A stretch of DNA of 64,000 bases, taken from the NCBI RefSeq assembly GCF_056712565.1, contig NZ_CM160072.1, one strand, 5' to 3'. Below are positions 43,429 to 53,457 of the stretch, one piece after another (the stretch's first letter is position 1; each line of letters opens with the position of its first letter). The translations under genes were made by a program, and so were the position numbers. The notes under the pieces were generated by a model that saw nothing but the letters and a program-made list of their open reading frames with translations, did no database searches and had not been told where the DNA came from.

Positions 43429-43839
43429 ATGAAAACTTTTATCAAAACTTTACTCGTTGCTGTAACTATTCTGTTCTCTGTCTTCGCTACGGCGAAACAA
43501 GTAAAACTGCCAAACAACATCAAATACGTTAATACTACAGAGGCGTTTTCCTGTACTGAGATTGACGGTATGAATTGCCAGACGAAGAATCCGTTTAACT
43601 ATAAAGATAACAGCTATGTTTTCGTGCTTGAACGTGGTGGTGCCTGGTGTTACGACTACACTGTCTCGGTACTTAACCTGAAAACCGGGAAAGCACAGAT
43701 GCTCGAATACAAAGACAACCAGCTGTGCTCAGGTAGCAACAAACCGTTCTTCGAAATCAAAAATGGCGTACCGACGGTAGGAGTCATCGACACATCCGGA
43801 AAACCTGTCGTTGTGGCTCTGGACAAACTTAAAACCTGA
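43429..43839 (+). CDS. small secreted cysteine-containing protein, function unknown
   Basis: Signal peptide MKTFIKTLLVAVTILFSVFATA, 136 aa, RBS aaggag upstream. Confidence 0.5.
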   Translation: MKTFIKTLLVAVTILFSVFATAKQVKLPNNIKYVNTTEAFSCTEIDGMNCQTKNPFNYKDNSYVFVLERGGAWCYDYTVSVLNLKTGKAQMLEYKDNQLCSGSNKPFFEIKNGVPTVGVIDTSGKPVVVALDKLKT

Positions 43840-43980
43840 GGAGTAAACCATGCGTTTCTCTGCACATTATTAATATCAAAGGTAAATACAGCCCCAGCCA
43901 TTGTTGCCGGAAAGCCGCTTAATGCGTGGCTCGCCAGTGAAAGGCTTCTCAGACAATAAACCTCATTCATTTCACCCGTC

Positions 43981-44016
43981 AGGCCGCGTCTTCTCCGGGA
44001 GACGTGGCTTTTTTCA
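43981..44016 (+). terminator. rho-independent terminator after the secreted-protein pair
   Basis: Hairpin around ccgcgtcttctccgggagacgtgg followed by cttttttc. Confidence 0.5.
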
Positions 44017-44059
44017 TTTATTACACCAGTAAATCTTAACCACCGATAAGGAGCAAAGT

Positions 44060-44881
44060 ATGCGATTAGCAAGTCGTTTTGGTTATGCTGCAAACCAGAT
44101 ACGTCGTGACCGTCCACTGACACATGAAGAGCTGATGCACCATGTGCCGGGGATTTTCGGGGAAGAGAAACACACGTCCCGAAGCCAGAACTATACGTAC
44201 ATCCCCACCATCACCGTACTGGAAAATCTGCAGCGGGAAGGCTTTCAGCCGTTCTTCGCCTGCCAGACCCGTGTGCGCGACCAGAGCCGCCGGGAATATA
44301 CCAAACATATGCTGCGTCTGCGGCGGGCCGGACAGATAACCGGTCAGCATGTGCCTGAAATTATTCTGCTCAACTCCCATGACGGTTCATCCAGCTACCA
44401 GATGTTACCCGGATATTTTCGTGCCATTTGTACCAATGGCCTGGTCTGCGGTCAGTCGCTGGGAGAAGTCCGGGTGCCACACCGGGGAAACGTGGTGGAC
44501 AGGGTCATAGAAGGTGCTTACGAAGTGGTGGGCGTGTTTGACCTGATTGAGGAAAAGCGTGATGCCATGCAGTCGCTGGTCCTGCCGCCACCGGCACGCC
44601 AGGCGCTGGCACAGGCGGCGCTGACTTACCGTTATGGTGATGAACATCAGCCCGTCACCACTACCGACATTCTGACGCCACGACGCCGGGAGGATTACGG
44701 TAAGGACCTGTGGAGTGCTTATCAGACCATCCAGGAGAATATGCTGAAAGGCGGGATTTCCGGTCGCAGTGCCAGAGGAAAACGTATCCATACCCGGGCC
44801 ATTCACAGCATCGATACCGACATTAAGCTCAACCGGGCGTTGTGGGTGATGGCAGAAACGCTGCTGGAGAGCCTGCGCTGA
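44060..44881 (+). CDS. DUF932-family cryptic-prophage protein (YfjQ-like)
   Basis: 273 aa; position and size match the DUF932 gene preceding the antirestriction/RadC genes in CP4-57-type elements. Confidence 0.5.
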   Translation: MRLASRFGYAANQIRRDRPLTHEELMHHVPGIFGEEKHTSRSQNYTYIPTITVLENLQREGFQPFFACQTRVRDQSRREYTKHMLRLRRAGQITGQHVPEIILLNSHDGSSSYQMLPGYFRAICTNGLVCGQSLGEVRVPHRGNVVDRVIEGAYEVVGVFDLIEEKRDAMQSLVLPPPARQALAQAALTYRYGDEHQPVTTTDILTPRRREDYGKDLWSAYQTIQENMLKGGISGRSARGKRIHTRAIHSIDTDIKLNRALWVMAETLLESLR

Positions 44882-44971
44882 TACCGTTTCCCTGAAAGCG
44901 CAGTCCTGTTCACGGCTGTCCCTTCCCCCAGACATTCCACCATTCATTTACTTTTTATAAGGAATAATCTC

Positions 44972-45457
44972 ATGACAACCTCTTCGCATAATTCCACCAC
45001 ACCTTCTGTTTCCGTGGCCGCTGCATCAGGGAATAACCAGTCTCAGTTGGTTGCCACTCCCGTCCCTGATGAACAGCGCATCAGCTTCTGGCCGCAGCAT
45101 TTTGGCCTCATTCCACAGTGGGTCACCCTGGAGCCCCGTGTCTTCGGCTGGATGGACCGTCTGTATGAAGACTACTGCGGTGGTATCTGGAATCTGTACA
45201 CCCTGAACAACGGTGGCGCATTTATGGCACCCGAACCGGATGACGATGATGACGAAACATGGGTACTGTTCAATGCCATGAACGGTAACCGCGCTGAAAT
45301 GAGCCCGGAAGCCGCCGGCATTGCTGCCTGTCTGATGACGTACAGTCATCACGCCTGCCGTACGGAGTGTTATGCCATGACGGTTCATTATTACCGTCTG
45401 CGGGATTACGCCCTGCAACATCCGGAATACGACGCCATTATGCGCATCATTGACTGA
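44972..45457 (+). CDS. antirestriction protein (KlcA/ArdB-like, YfjX/YafX family)
   Basis: 161 aa; conserved position upstream of the RadC-like gene; family assigned from recall of WPQHFGLIPQW-type motifs. Confidence 0.55.
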   Translation: MTTSSHNSTTPSVSVAAASGNNQSQLVATPVPDEQRISFWPQHFGLIPQWVTLEPRVFGWMDRLYEDYCGGIWNLYTLNNGGAFMAPEPDDDDDETWVLFNAMNGNRAEMSPEAAGIAACLMTYSHHACRTECYAMTVHYYRLRDYALQHPEYDAIMRIID

Positions 45458-45472
45458 AAGGGGGCAGGAACA

Positions 45473-45949
45473 ATGCAACAGATTTCCTTTCTGCCCGGAG
45501 AGATGACGCCCGGCGAGCGCAGTCTCATTCTGCGGGCCCTGAAAACCCTGGACCGTCATCTTCATGAACCCGGTGTGGCCTTCACCTCCACCCGTGCGGC
45601 ACGGGAATGGCTGATTCTGAACATGGCGGGACTGGAGCGTGAAGAATTCCGGGTGCTATATCTGAATAACCAGAATCAGCTGATTGCCGGTGAAACCCTC
45701 TTCACCGGCACCATCAACCGCACGGAAGTCCATCCCCGGGAAGTGATTAAATGCGCCCTGTATCACAATGCCGCAGCCGTGGTGCTGGCACACAATCACC
45801 CGTCCGGTGAAGTCACACCCAGTAAGGCAGACCGGCTTATCACCGAACGTCTGGTACAGGCACTGGGCCTGGTGGATATCCGGGTGCCGGACCATCTGAT
45901 AGTCGGTGGCAGCCAGGTTTTCTCCTTTGCGGAACACGGCCTGCTTTAA
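45473..45949 (+). CDS. yeeS: RadC-like JAB/MPN-domain protein
   Basis: JAMM motif HNHPSGEVTPSKAD; 158 aa. Confidence 0.8.
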   Translation: MQQISFLPGEMTPGERSLILRALKTLDRHLHEPGVAFTSTRAAREWLILNMAGLEREEFRVLYLNNQNQLIAGETLFTGTINRTEVHPREVIKCALYHNAAAVVLAHNHPSGEVTPSKADRLITERLVQALGLVDIRVPDHLIVGGSQVFSFAEHGLL

Positions 45950-46017
45950 CCCGTCACCGCCACAATCACATCACACCTGTTTTCACTTTTATCTTCTGTC
46001 TTCAAAGGTATCCTATT

Positions 46018-46239
46018 ATGAAAATTATCACCCGTGGTGAAGCCATGCGTATTCACCAACAACATCCGACATCCCGTCTTTTTCCGTTCTGTACCGGTAA
46101 ATACCGCTGGCACGGCAGTGCTGAAGCGTATACCGGTCGTGAAGTGCAGGATATTCCCGGTGTGCTGGCCGTGTTTGCTGAACGCCGTAAGGACAGTTTT
46201 GGCCCGTATGTCCGACTGATGAGCGTCACCCTGAACTGA
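46018..46239 (+). CDS. yeeT: DUF987 prophage protein YeeT-like
   Basis: 73-aa ORF at the conserved position before the cbeA/cbtA pair. Confidence 0.6.
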   Translation: MKIITRGEAMRIHQQHPTSRLFPFCTGKYRWHGSAEAYTGREVQDIPGVLAVFAERRKDSFGPYVRLMSVTLN

Positions 46240-46312
46240 GTGGGAATTCTGATGAGCAGAATTATCGCCACCACCGGACCATTCTTAACCGATTTTCTGT
46301 AGGGATTTTATC

Positions 46313-46681
46313 GTGTCAGACACACTCCCCGGGACAACACTTCCCGACGACAATCACGACCGCCCCTGGTGGGGGCTACCCTGCACCGTGACGCCCTGTT
46401 TCGGCGCCCGTCTGGTGCAGGAGGGTAACCGGTTGCATTACCTTGCCGACCGTGCCGGTATCAGAGGCCTGTTCAGCGATGCAGATGCGTACCACCTGGA
46501 CCAGGCCTTTCCGTTGCTGATGAAACAACTGGAGCTCATGCTCACCAGTGGTGAACTCAGCCCCCGCTATCAGCATACCGTCACGCTGTATGCGAAAGGA
46601 CTGACCTGCGAAGCCGATACCCTGGGCTCCTGTGGTTACGTTTATCTGGCTGTTTATCCGACGCCCGAAATGAAAAATTAA
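46313..46681 (+). CDS. cbeA: cytoskeleton-bundling-enhancing antitoxin CbeA (YeeU)
   Basis: 122 aa, directly upstream of the CbtA-like toxin gene; size and context match. Confidence 0.7.
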   Translation: MSDTLPGTTLPDDNHDRPWWGLPCTVTPCFGARLVQEGNRLHYLADRAGIRGLFSDADAYHLDQAFPLLMKQLELMLTSGELSPRYQHTVTLYAKGLTCEADTLGSCGYVYLAVYPTPEMKN

Positions 46682-46769
46682 CTCTCCAGAATAGCCTTCT
46701 GCTACGGCCTGGTGTTTTCACCACGCAACTTTCCCATTTTTATATCTGCATATCAGGAAAATCTTCAGT

Positions 46770-47144
46770 ATGAAAACATTACCTGTATTACCCGGGCAGG
46801 CGGCCAGTTCTCGCCCGTCTCCTGTTGAAATCTGGCAGATACTGCTGTCCCGACTGCTGGACCAGCACTACGGCCTCACACTGAATGACACACCGTTTGC
46901 CGATGAACGTGTGATTGAGCAGCATATTGAGGCAGGCATTTCACTGTGTGATGCGGTGAACTTTCTCGTGGAAAAATACGCGCTGGTGCGTACCGACCAG
47001 CCGGGATTCAGCGCCTGTACCCGCACTCAGTTAATAAACAGCATCGATATCCTCCGGGCTCGCAGGGCGACCGGCCTGATGACCCGCGACAATTACAGAA
47101 CGGTAAATAACATTACCCTGGGTAAGTATCCGGAGGCGAAATGA
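46770..47144 (+). CDS. cbtA: cytoskeleton-binding toxin CbtA (YeeV)
   Basis: 124 aa; position after cbeA and overlapping yeeW start. Confidence 0.7.
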   Translation: MKTLPVLPGQAASSRPSPVEIWQILLSRLLDQHYGLTLNDTPFADERVIEQHIEAGISLCDAVNFLVEKYALVRTDQPGFSACTRTQLINSIDILRARRATGLMTRDNYRTVNNITLGKYPEAK

Positions 47145-47335
47145 TGACACTGGAAGCCGACAGCGTTAACGTACAGGCGCTGGATATGGGGCACATTGTC
47201 GTTGACATTGATGGTGTTAATATCACTGAACTGATTAATAAGGCCGCTGAAAACGGTTATTCACTCCGCGTGGTGGATGGCCGTGACTCTACCGAAACAC
47301 CGGCAACTTATGCCAGCCCTCACCAGTTGCTGTAA
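47141..47335 (+). CDS. yeeW: small prophage protein YeeW
   Basis: 64-aa ORF overlapping the cbtA stop by 4 nt. Confidence 0.55.
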   Translation: MMTLEADSVNVQALDMGHIVVDIDGVNITELINKAAENGYSLRVVDGRDSTETPATYASPHQLL

Positions 47336-47490
47336 GACAATGCAGTGATACAGGGTATAGTGCCATTAACCACAGAAACAGCACTGTTGTCCTGTATTAA
47401 GCAGGCAAGAGAAGATGTCCTTACCCTGCGCCATCTGCAGCTTCTGCACCAGAACCGGTGAATCTCACTCAACAGGCTTCATTTCCCCTG

Positions 47491-47521
47491 ACGCCAGCCT
47501 GAATACAGCTGGCGTTTTCAT
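47491..47521 (+). terminator. rho-independent terminator after the cbeA-cbtA-yeeW unit
   Basis: Hairpin acgccagcctgaatacagctggcgt followed by tttcattt. Confidence 0.55.
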
Positions 47522-47717
47522 TTATAAACAGAAAGGAAAACCGATAATAATGGAATGGACGCCCCGACCATGAAGCAACGGTAGGATATTACTGATAAAC
47601 CTTCCAGTGGAGGTGCGTTATGGCCGTTTTAACGATTAGCATTGACCTGACAAAAAATGAATTCCAAATCCACGGTCTGGGTAGGAACAGAAAAATCTAA
47701 GCTCAGAAAACGGATTA

Positions 47718-47878
47718 AAGTAAGCGTCAACGGAGCACCGTATTGACGCTTATTTATTGGTGAGAACTACGTTCCATGGCAGGAGTTCGTCAACACGGTT
47801 GGAGGGCCATTCCGGCAGTATGCTCAGAATATGGCGCAGATACGCTTCCGGATCGATACCGTTCAGACGGCAGGTGCC
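47718..47878 (-). mobile_element. IS66-family right-end remnant (in-frame transposase C-terminus plus terminal repeat), inverted copy of 13770..13949
   Basis: Reverse-complement translation GTCRLNGIDPEAYLRHILSILPEWPSNRVDELLPWNVVL; GTAAGCG terminus at 47718. Confidence 0.55.
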
Positions 47879-47889
47879 TGCTTTTCCGG

Positions 47890-48132
47890 CAACAAGCAGG
47901 AATCTCAGCGCTGAAGCAGGAATTAGAGGTAAAAACGCCCTACCGGGCCATGAATCACCCGGTCATTGGAGTAGTAACCAAAGCAGATTTAGCCAGCATG
48001 GAACAAATATCTTTGGTGAAAAGTTGGTTACGGGAAGCTGGAGCGCACAACGTGTTAGTAACCAGTGCAGTTAATAACAATGGAGTTACAGAACTTTTTG
48101 CCTTGCTGCATACAGAAGAAGGCTGTTGTTAA
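47890..48132 (+). pseudogene. yoeF: EutP/PduV-like GTPase C-terminal fragment (yoeF)
   Basis: ...NHPVIGVVTKADLASMEQISLVKSWLREAGAHNVLVTSAVNNNGVTELFALL resembles the C-terminus of EutP/PduV; no N-terminal P-loop present. Confidence 0.55.
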
Positions 48133-48187
48133 TTTCGATTGGTTCTCAGATGAGAATGATGACGGTGATACACAGATAAGAATCAAT

Positions 48188-48216
48188 GAGCAATGAGGGT
48201 TGCCGGGCAACCCTCA
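48188..48216. terminator. hairpin (aatgagggttgccgggcaaccctcatt) downstream of yeeX
   Basis: Perfect inverted repeat read in sequence. Confidence 0.45.
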
Positions 48217-48232
48217 TTGAATAAAACGGGAA

Positions 48233-48562
48233 TTACTTCGCTTCGCCGTTTTTCATTTCGCCCATAGCTTTCAGCTTTTTGGAGATATCGCGGCGTTCTT
48301 TGGAGAGCTCGGCATTTTTGATGATGTAATCGTCAACGCGATCTTCATAGTCACCTTTCATGCTGGCGATGATGCCCTGGATTGCTTCAACGCTCATCCC
48401 TGGCTTGATGTAATCGCTCAGGTTGTCCAGCAACAGGACGCGCTTCTGGTTGTCACGGATCTTTTTCTCAACGTCCTGAATTTCACGTTGCAGTTTGTTC
48501 TTACGACGGAACAGACGAACAAATTCCAGTACGTCCTGGAATGAAGGCTTGGTAGTTTCCAT
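48233..48562 (-). CDS. yeeX: UPF0265 protein YeeX
   Basis: [42 protein letters not shown]... 109 aa. Confidence 0.9.
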   Translation of the reverse strand: METTKPSFQDVLEFVRLFRRKNKLQREIQDVEKKIRDNQKRVLLLDNLSDYIKPGMSVEAIQGIIASMKGDYEDRVDDYIIKNAELSKERRDISKKLKAMGEMKNGEAK

Positions 48563-48733
48563 TTTTATACCCCTGATAATGTGAGAGTCGGATTCGTTTA
48601 AGCAACCGCTATTCGTTAGGGCCAACATTACTCATAGCTGCCGCAGATGACAATGCTTTTATCCCTTTTCACTATCATACCCTTTATCCTTGCTGAATCG
48701 AAGCAGCAGCAAGATGATTCTGAAGTTCAGGAA

Positions 48734-49792
48734 TTATTTGCGCAAGGCCCGGCAAATCAGATTCGATAGCAACTCAAGCTGATGTGCCGTTTCCATGTTC
48801 AGCCACACATAACCATAGATTGGTGTTTCCACGACTTTCAGATCATGGTGGTTATCGAGCAACTGACGCAGCTCTTCCACAGCATCGTTCAATTTTTCCG
48901 TATTGGCAAAAACCGGCTGCGGATTACCTTCGTACAGCGCATGAACAAGGCTCAGCAGTATTTGCTGCATCATGTGCTGGGTATCACGAAGTTTTTGCGC
49001 GTTCAATAACACGAAATGGCTGGGGCGCGTGGCCCAGTATGCATTGATTTGCAACTCCAGCATACAAACCAGATTGCGATTAATGGTCTGGATACCTTCA
49101 TATATCGATTTGGGAATACGGGTTTCTTTGCTGGCGGGCGCAATCAGCCCACGCATTTTCACGGCATCGGTCAGCAGTTTTTGTAGATGGCTTTCCAGAC
49201 GTGGGCGTTCGAGTAAGTTCGGTGAGAATGCAGATTGATAGACCCGATTATACTCGGTCAGACTTTTCGCCAGTTGAATGCGCCAGTGGATGAACGCCCG
49301 TTGTGGCCAGATACCGGTAAACAACATTGCCAGTAAAGAGCCGAGGATCACATCGCCGCTTCGCCATAACGCCGTATCAATTTCACCTGTCGGGGAACCC
49401 ACAACAATTGCCAGCGTCACCCCAATCAATAATCCTTGATACGGTTTCTTGCCCAGCGCCAGCCAACCGCAAAGAAACATCGCCGCCGCGCACCAGACTA
49501 ACATCAGCGGTAACGAAATTAACTCCAGTTGCAGAGCGATAAGACCTAAAATCGAACCCAACACCGTACCGCCAATACGTTCGAAGGCACGAGGGACAAC
49601 GTTCCCCCAGAACGAGATTGGCCCCATAATCACCACCATGGTGACCAGCGGCCAGGTGCTTTCCGGGATAGTAAACAGGCGGATAATGAGAAAAGTGAGC
49701 AGGAATGCCAGCGCGACCCGAGTACCATGCACAATGCGGTAATGGCGGTATACCCGGATTTCAAACGGGCTTAATGACTTATCGGCACGCAC
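48734..49792 (-). CDS. yeeA: inner-membrane protein YeeA (FUSC-like)
   Basis: 352 aa, N-terminal polytopic membrane domain. Confidence 0.85.
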   Translation of the reverse strand: MRADKSLSPFEIRVYRHYRIVHGTRVALAFLLTFLIIRLFTIPESTWPLVTMVVIMGPISFWGNVVPRAFERIGGTVLGSILGLIALQLELISLPLMLVWCAAAMFLCGWLALGKKPYQGLLIGVTLAIVVGSPTGEIDTALWRSGDVILGSLLAMLFTGIWPQRAFIHWRIQLAKSLTEYNRVYQSAFSPNLLERPRLESHLQKLLTDAVKMRGLIAPASKETRIPKSIYEGIQTINRNLVCMLELQINAYWATRPSHFVLLNAQKLRDTQHMMQQILLSLVHALYEGNPQPVFANTEKLNDAVEELRQLLDNHHDLKVVETPIYGYVWLNMETAHQLELLSNLICRALRK

Positions 49793-49989
49793 GCAGAAAC
49801 TCCGTAATGAAGATTAAAAGCGCTCATAACACATCTGTCGGCCAGAAGGCGCGCCTCTGAGTTATCCGACGGACATACCGGGAACAGTGTAATTTCCCGG
49901 CAGGAGCGAAAAATTTGAAAGGCGCATCTTACTCTTTTCGCTTTCAAAAAAAGAGTGGTCTTCGCGTCAACACACCGCCCTGAGATGAA

Positions 49990-50463
49990 TTAGTGATGTT
50001 TTGGCTGCACCGCAACATACATTTCGATATCCCAGTACCCATCTTCCGCGCCATTGTTCAAGTAAACCTCGAAGCAGGGCTTTGGTAACATTTCATAGGC
50101 ACTGTCCTGCAAGAGGCTATTAAAGAACTGATACCAGGGTTTAGCAAAATCATCACCGACTACACGAGCCACCGCCACCGCATACTGACCACCTGAAATT
50201 TCTGTCAGAATGACGCCCTCACTGTTTTCGGGGAGCGTAAAGTTATTCGGCACCGTCACGACGGTGTCGCAGCGTAATTTTTCGGCGGGTGTTTCATCTG
50301 GATTGTCGTAATAGACAGCAACCCACTCCTTCGGCACAATATTTTTGCTATCTATCCACATCATCAACTGCTCAAAGCCTTTCTTTACCGTCTGTTCCCA
50401 CGGGCCAACGAGATGGAAACCTGCAACGGTACGTTTATCTTCCTGCTTAATCTCGTAGTTCAT
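49990..50463 (-). CDS. sbmC: DNA gyrase inhibitor SbmC (GyrI)
   Basis: [36 protein letters not shown]... 157 aa. Confidence 0.9.
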   Translation of the reverse strand: MNYEIKQEDKRTVAGFHLVGPWEQTVKKGFEQLMMWIDSKNIVPKEWVAVYYDNPDETPAEKLRCDTVVTVPNNFTLPENSEGVILTEISGGQYAVAVARVVGDDFAKPWYQFFNSLLQDSAYEMLPKPCFEVYLNNGAEDGYWDIEMYVAVQPKHH

Positions 50464-50477
50464 GACGCCCCCATTAA

Positions 50478-50497
50478 TACTGTTTTTATATACAGTA
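50478..50497. promoter_or_regulatory. LexA (SOS) box upstream of sbmC
   Basis: tactgtttttatatacagta = CTGT-N8-ACAG palindrome just upstream of the sbmC start codon. Confidence 0.75.
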
Positions 50498-50581
50498 TAG
50501 TTGCAATATTAAAACCACAAGGAATGAGTGTTGATTATGCGAGCAGATTCGCACTCCTGCCAGTCTGCTGCAAAAGAAAGG

Positions 50582-51754
50582 TCAGTCCTTATGGTGGAAA
50601 TAATCACTCAGCCGGGAAAACATGCTGCCTTCCCCGACAGATTCCAGGGTAACCAGCGGCCAGTGCGCCACCTGTTTATCACGGTCGTAAAGTTCAATTT
50701 CCCCTACCCGCTGATGGGCGCTAATTGGCGCGGTGAGTTCTTTACCATCAAGGGTATATTTGGCTTTGATATGTGGAATTTCGGCTTTCGGTAGCACCAT
50801 CCAGAACTCTTGTTCCGTTCCCAGGGCGATATTTTCTTTATCGCCATACCAGATGCGTTCCGTACCAACCTTTTTCCCACGGTGCAAAATTTGCACCGTA
50901 GTAAAGTTTTGTTGACCCCAACGCAGTAATTTTCTTGCCTCTTCCTCACGACCTTTTGCGCTGTCAGCCCCCATTACCACTGCAATGAGACGACGCTGCC
51001 CATCTACAGCCGAAGCAATGAGATTAAACCCGGCACCAGAAGTATGACCCGTTTTCAGGCCGTCAACATTCATGGTTTTATCCCACAATAACCCGTTACG
51101 GTTTTGCTGGGTGATACCGTTCCAGGTGAGGCTTTTCTCACTGTACATATGATAAAACTCGGGCTCGCCGTGGATGATAGCGCGAGAAAGCACAGCTAAA
51201 TCATAAGCCGAGCTATGCTGGCCAGGTGCATCCAGACCATGCACTGTTTCAAAATGCGTATCCTTGAGATGCAGCTTCTCGGCATAGTTGTTCATCATTT
51301 CAACAAACTGCCGTTGCCCACCGGCAATATAGTCAGCCAGTGCAACACAAGCGTCATTTCCGGAATCCACAATTAAACCACGGCTTAAATCACGTACCGA
51401 TACGCGATCGCCCTCTTTCAAAAACATCAGTGAAGAACCGACAAACACCGGATTATCTTTCGCCCACGCATCACGCCCCACGGTGACAATATCGTCTGGC
51501 GTAATGCGATGACTATCGATAGCGCGATCCACGACATAGCCCGTCATCAGCTTTGTCAGGCTGGCGGGATTGCGCTGTTGATGCTCATTACCCGCGGTGA
51601 GAATCTGACCGGTGGTGTAATCCATCAATACCCAGGACCCGGCATGAATCTCTGGAGGTTGAGGTGAAAAAGGAATGTTTTCCGCCGCAAAACCAGACGA
51701 TAAATTAAAAACGAACAAAGAAGCAGCAATAATAAGACGGCGTTTCAACAGCAA
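50582..51754 (-). CDS. dacD: D-alanyl-D-alanine carboxypeptidase DacD (PBP6b)
   Basis: Signal peptide, active-site SxxK (PASLTK), SGN and KTG motifs. Confidence 0.9.
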   Translation of the reverse strand: MLLKRRLIIAASLFVFNLSSGFAAENIPFSPQPPEIHAGSWVLMDYTTGQILTAGNEHQQRNPASLTKLMTGYVVDRAIDSHRITPDDIVTVGRDAWAKDNPVFVGSSLMFLKEGDRVSVRDLSRGLIVDSGNDACVALADYIAGGQRQFVEMMNNYAEKLHLKDTHFETVHGLDAPGQHSSAYDLAVLSRAIIHGEPEFYHMYSEKSLTWNGITQQNRNGLLWDKTMNVDGLKTGHTSGAGFNLIASAVDGQRRLIAVVMGADSAKGREEEARKLLRWGQQNFTTVQILHRGKKVGTERIWYGDKENIALGTEQEFWMVLPKAEIPHIKAKYTLDGKELTAPISAHQRVGEIELYDRDKQVAHWPLVTLESVGEGSMFSRLSDYFHHKD

Positions 51755-51956
51755 ACCCTCAGGAGTTTCAAATAGCTGTTCTTTTTACGGAAATACTTAT
51801 GAACTGGCTGGAATAAAGTGCAAGAAAATGTGACTACCCTCTCATTTTTATCTGACATGATCTGTTGCCACTCGCTGCCAAATTGTCGCGCTAAAGCTGA
51901 TTAGCACGGTGATATTTGATACTCTGGCAGACAGCAGAAACAACGGATTTAACCTA

Positions 51957-53384
51957 ATGATGAATGACGGTAAGCAACAATCTACCTTTTTGTTTCACGA
52001 TTACGAAACCTTTGGCACGCACCCCGCGTTAGATCGCCCTGCACAGTTCGCAGCCATTCGCACCGATAGCGAATTCAATGTCATCGGCGAACCCGAAGTC
52101 TTTTACTGCAAGCCCGCGGATGACTATTTACCCCAGCCTGGAGCAGTATTAATTACCGGTATTACCCCGCAGGAAGCTCGGGCGAAAGGAGAAAACGAAG
52201 CCGCATTTGCCGCCCGTATTCACTCGCTTTTTACCGTACCGAAGACCTGTATTCTGGGCTACAACAATGTGCGTTTCGACGACGAAGTCACACGCAACGT
52301 TTTTTATCGTAATTTCTACGATCCTTACGCCTGGAGCTGGCAGCATGATAACTCGCGCTGGGATTTACTGGATGTTATGCGTGCCTGTTATGCCCTGCGC
52401 CCGGAAGGAATAAACTGGCCTGAAAATGATGACGGTCTACCGAGCTTTCGCCTTGAGCATTTAACCAAAGCGAATGGTATTGAACATAGCAACGCCCACG
52501 ATGCGATGGCTGATGTGTACGCCACTATTGCGATGGCGAAACTGGTAAAAACGCGTCAGCCACGCCTGTTTGATTATCTCTTTACCCATCGTAATAAACA
52601 CAAACTGATGGCGTTGATTGATGTTCCGCAGATGAAACCCCTGGTTCACGTTTCCGGAATGTTTGGGGCATGGCGCGGCAATACCAGCTGGGTGGCACCG
52701 CTGGCGTGGCATCCTGAAAATCGCAATGCCGTAATTATGGTGGATTTGGCAGGAGACATTTCGCCATTACTGGAGCTGGATAGCGACACATTGCGCGAGC
52801 GTTTATATACCGCAAAAGCCGATCTTGGCGATAACGCCGCCGTTCCGGTTAAGCTGGTGCATATCAATAAATGTCCGGTACTGGCCCAGGCGAATACGCT
52901 ACGCCCGGAAGATGCCGACCGACTGGGAATTAATCGTCAGCATTGCCTCGATAACCTAAAAATTCTGCGTGAAAATCCGCAAGTGCGTGAAAAAGTGGTG
53001 GCGATATTCGCGGAAGCCGAACCGTTTACGCCTTCAGAGAACGTGGATGCACAGCTTTATAATGGCTTTTTCAGTGACGCCGATCGTGCAGCAATGAAAA
53101 TTGTGCTGGAAACCGAGCCGCGTAATTTACCGGCACTGGATATCACTTTTGTTGATAAACGAATTGAAAAACTGTTGTTCAATTATCGAGCGCGCAACTT
53201 CCCGGGGACGCTGGATTATGCCGAGCAGCAACGCTGGCTGGAGCACCGCCGCCAGGTCTTCACGCCAGAGTTTTTGCAGGGCTACGCTGATGAATTGCAG
53301 ATGCTGGCACAACAGTATGCCGATGACAAAGAGAAAGTGGCGCTGTTAAAAGCGCTTTGGCAGTACGCGGAAGAGATCGTCTGA
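51957..53384 (+). CDS. sbcB: exodeoxyribonuclease I
   Basis: MMNDGKQQSTFLFHDYETFGTHPALDRPAQFAAIRTD...; 475 aa from ATG at 51957. Confidence 0.9.
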   Translation: MMNDGKQQSTFLFHDYETFGTHPALDRPAQFAAIRTDSEFNVIGEPEVFYCKPADDYLPQPGAVLITGITPQEARAKGENEAAFAARIHSLFTVPKTCILGYNNVRFDDEVTRNVFYRNFYDPYAWSWQHDNSRWDLLDVMRACYALRPEGINWPENDDGLPSFRLEHLTKANGIEHSNAHDAMADVYATIAMAKLVKTRQPRLFDYLFTHRNKHKLMALIDVPQMKPLVHVSGMFGAWRGNTSWVAPLAWHPENRNAVIMVDLAGDISPLLELDSDTLRERLYTAKADLGDNAAVPVKLVHINKCPVLAQANTLRPEDADRLGINRQHCLDNLKILRENPQVREKVVAIFAEAEPFTPSENVDAQLYNGFFSDADRAAMKIVLETEPRNLPALDITFVDKRIEKLLFNYRARNFPGTLDYAEQQRWLEHRRQVFTPEFLQGYADELQMLAQQYADDKEKVALLKALWQYAEEIV

Positions 53385-53393
53385 AACAAAAAA

Positions 53394-53420
53394 GCCGGAG
53401 CGACAAACTCCGGCTTTTTG
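53394..53420. terminator. bidirectional rho-independent terminator between sbcB and plaP
   Basis: aaaaaa-gccggagcgacaaactccggc-ttttt. Confidence 0.75.
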
Positions 53421-53457
53421 AGATTTACCGGATGATTATGTCATCCGGTTTGTAAGA

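Noticed and set aside
47619-47700. Short ORF MAVLTISIDLTKNEFQIHGLGRNRKI resembling the N-terminus of a DEDD-type (IS110-like) transposase
   Set aside because: Only about 27 codons before a stop; too short to assign, possibly a tiny IS remnant but not reportable as a feature.
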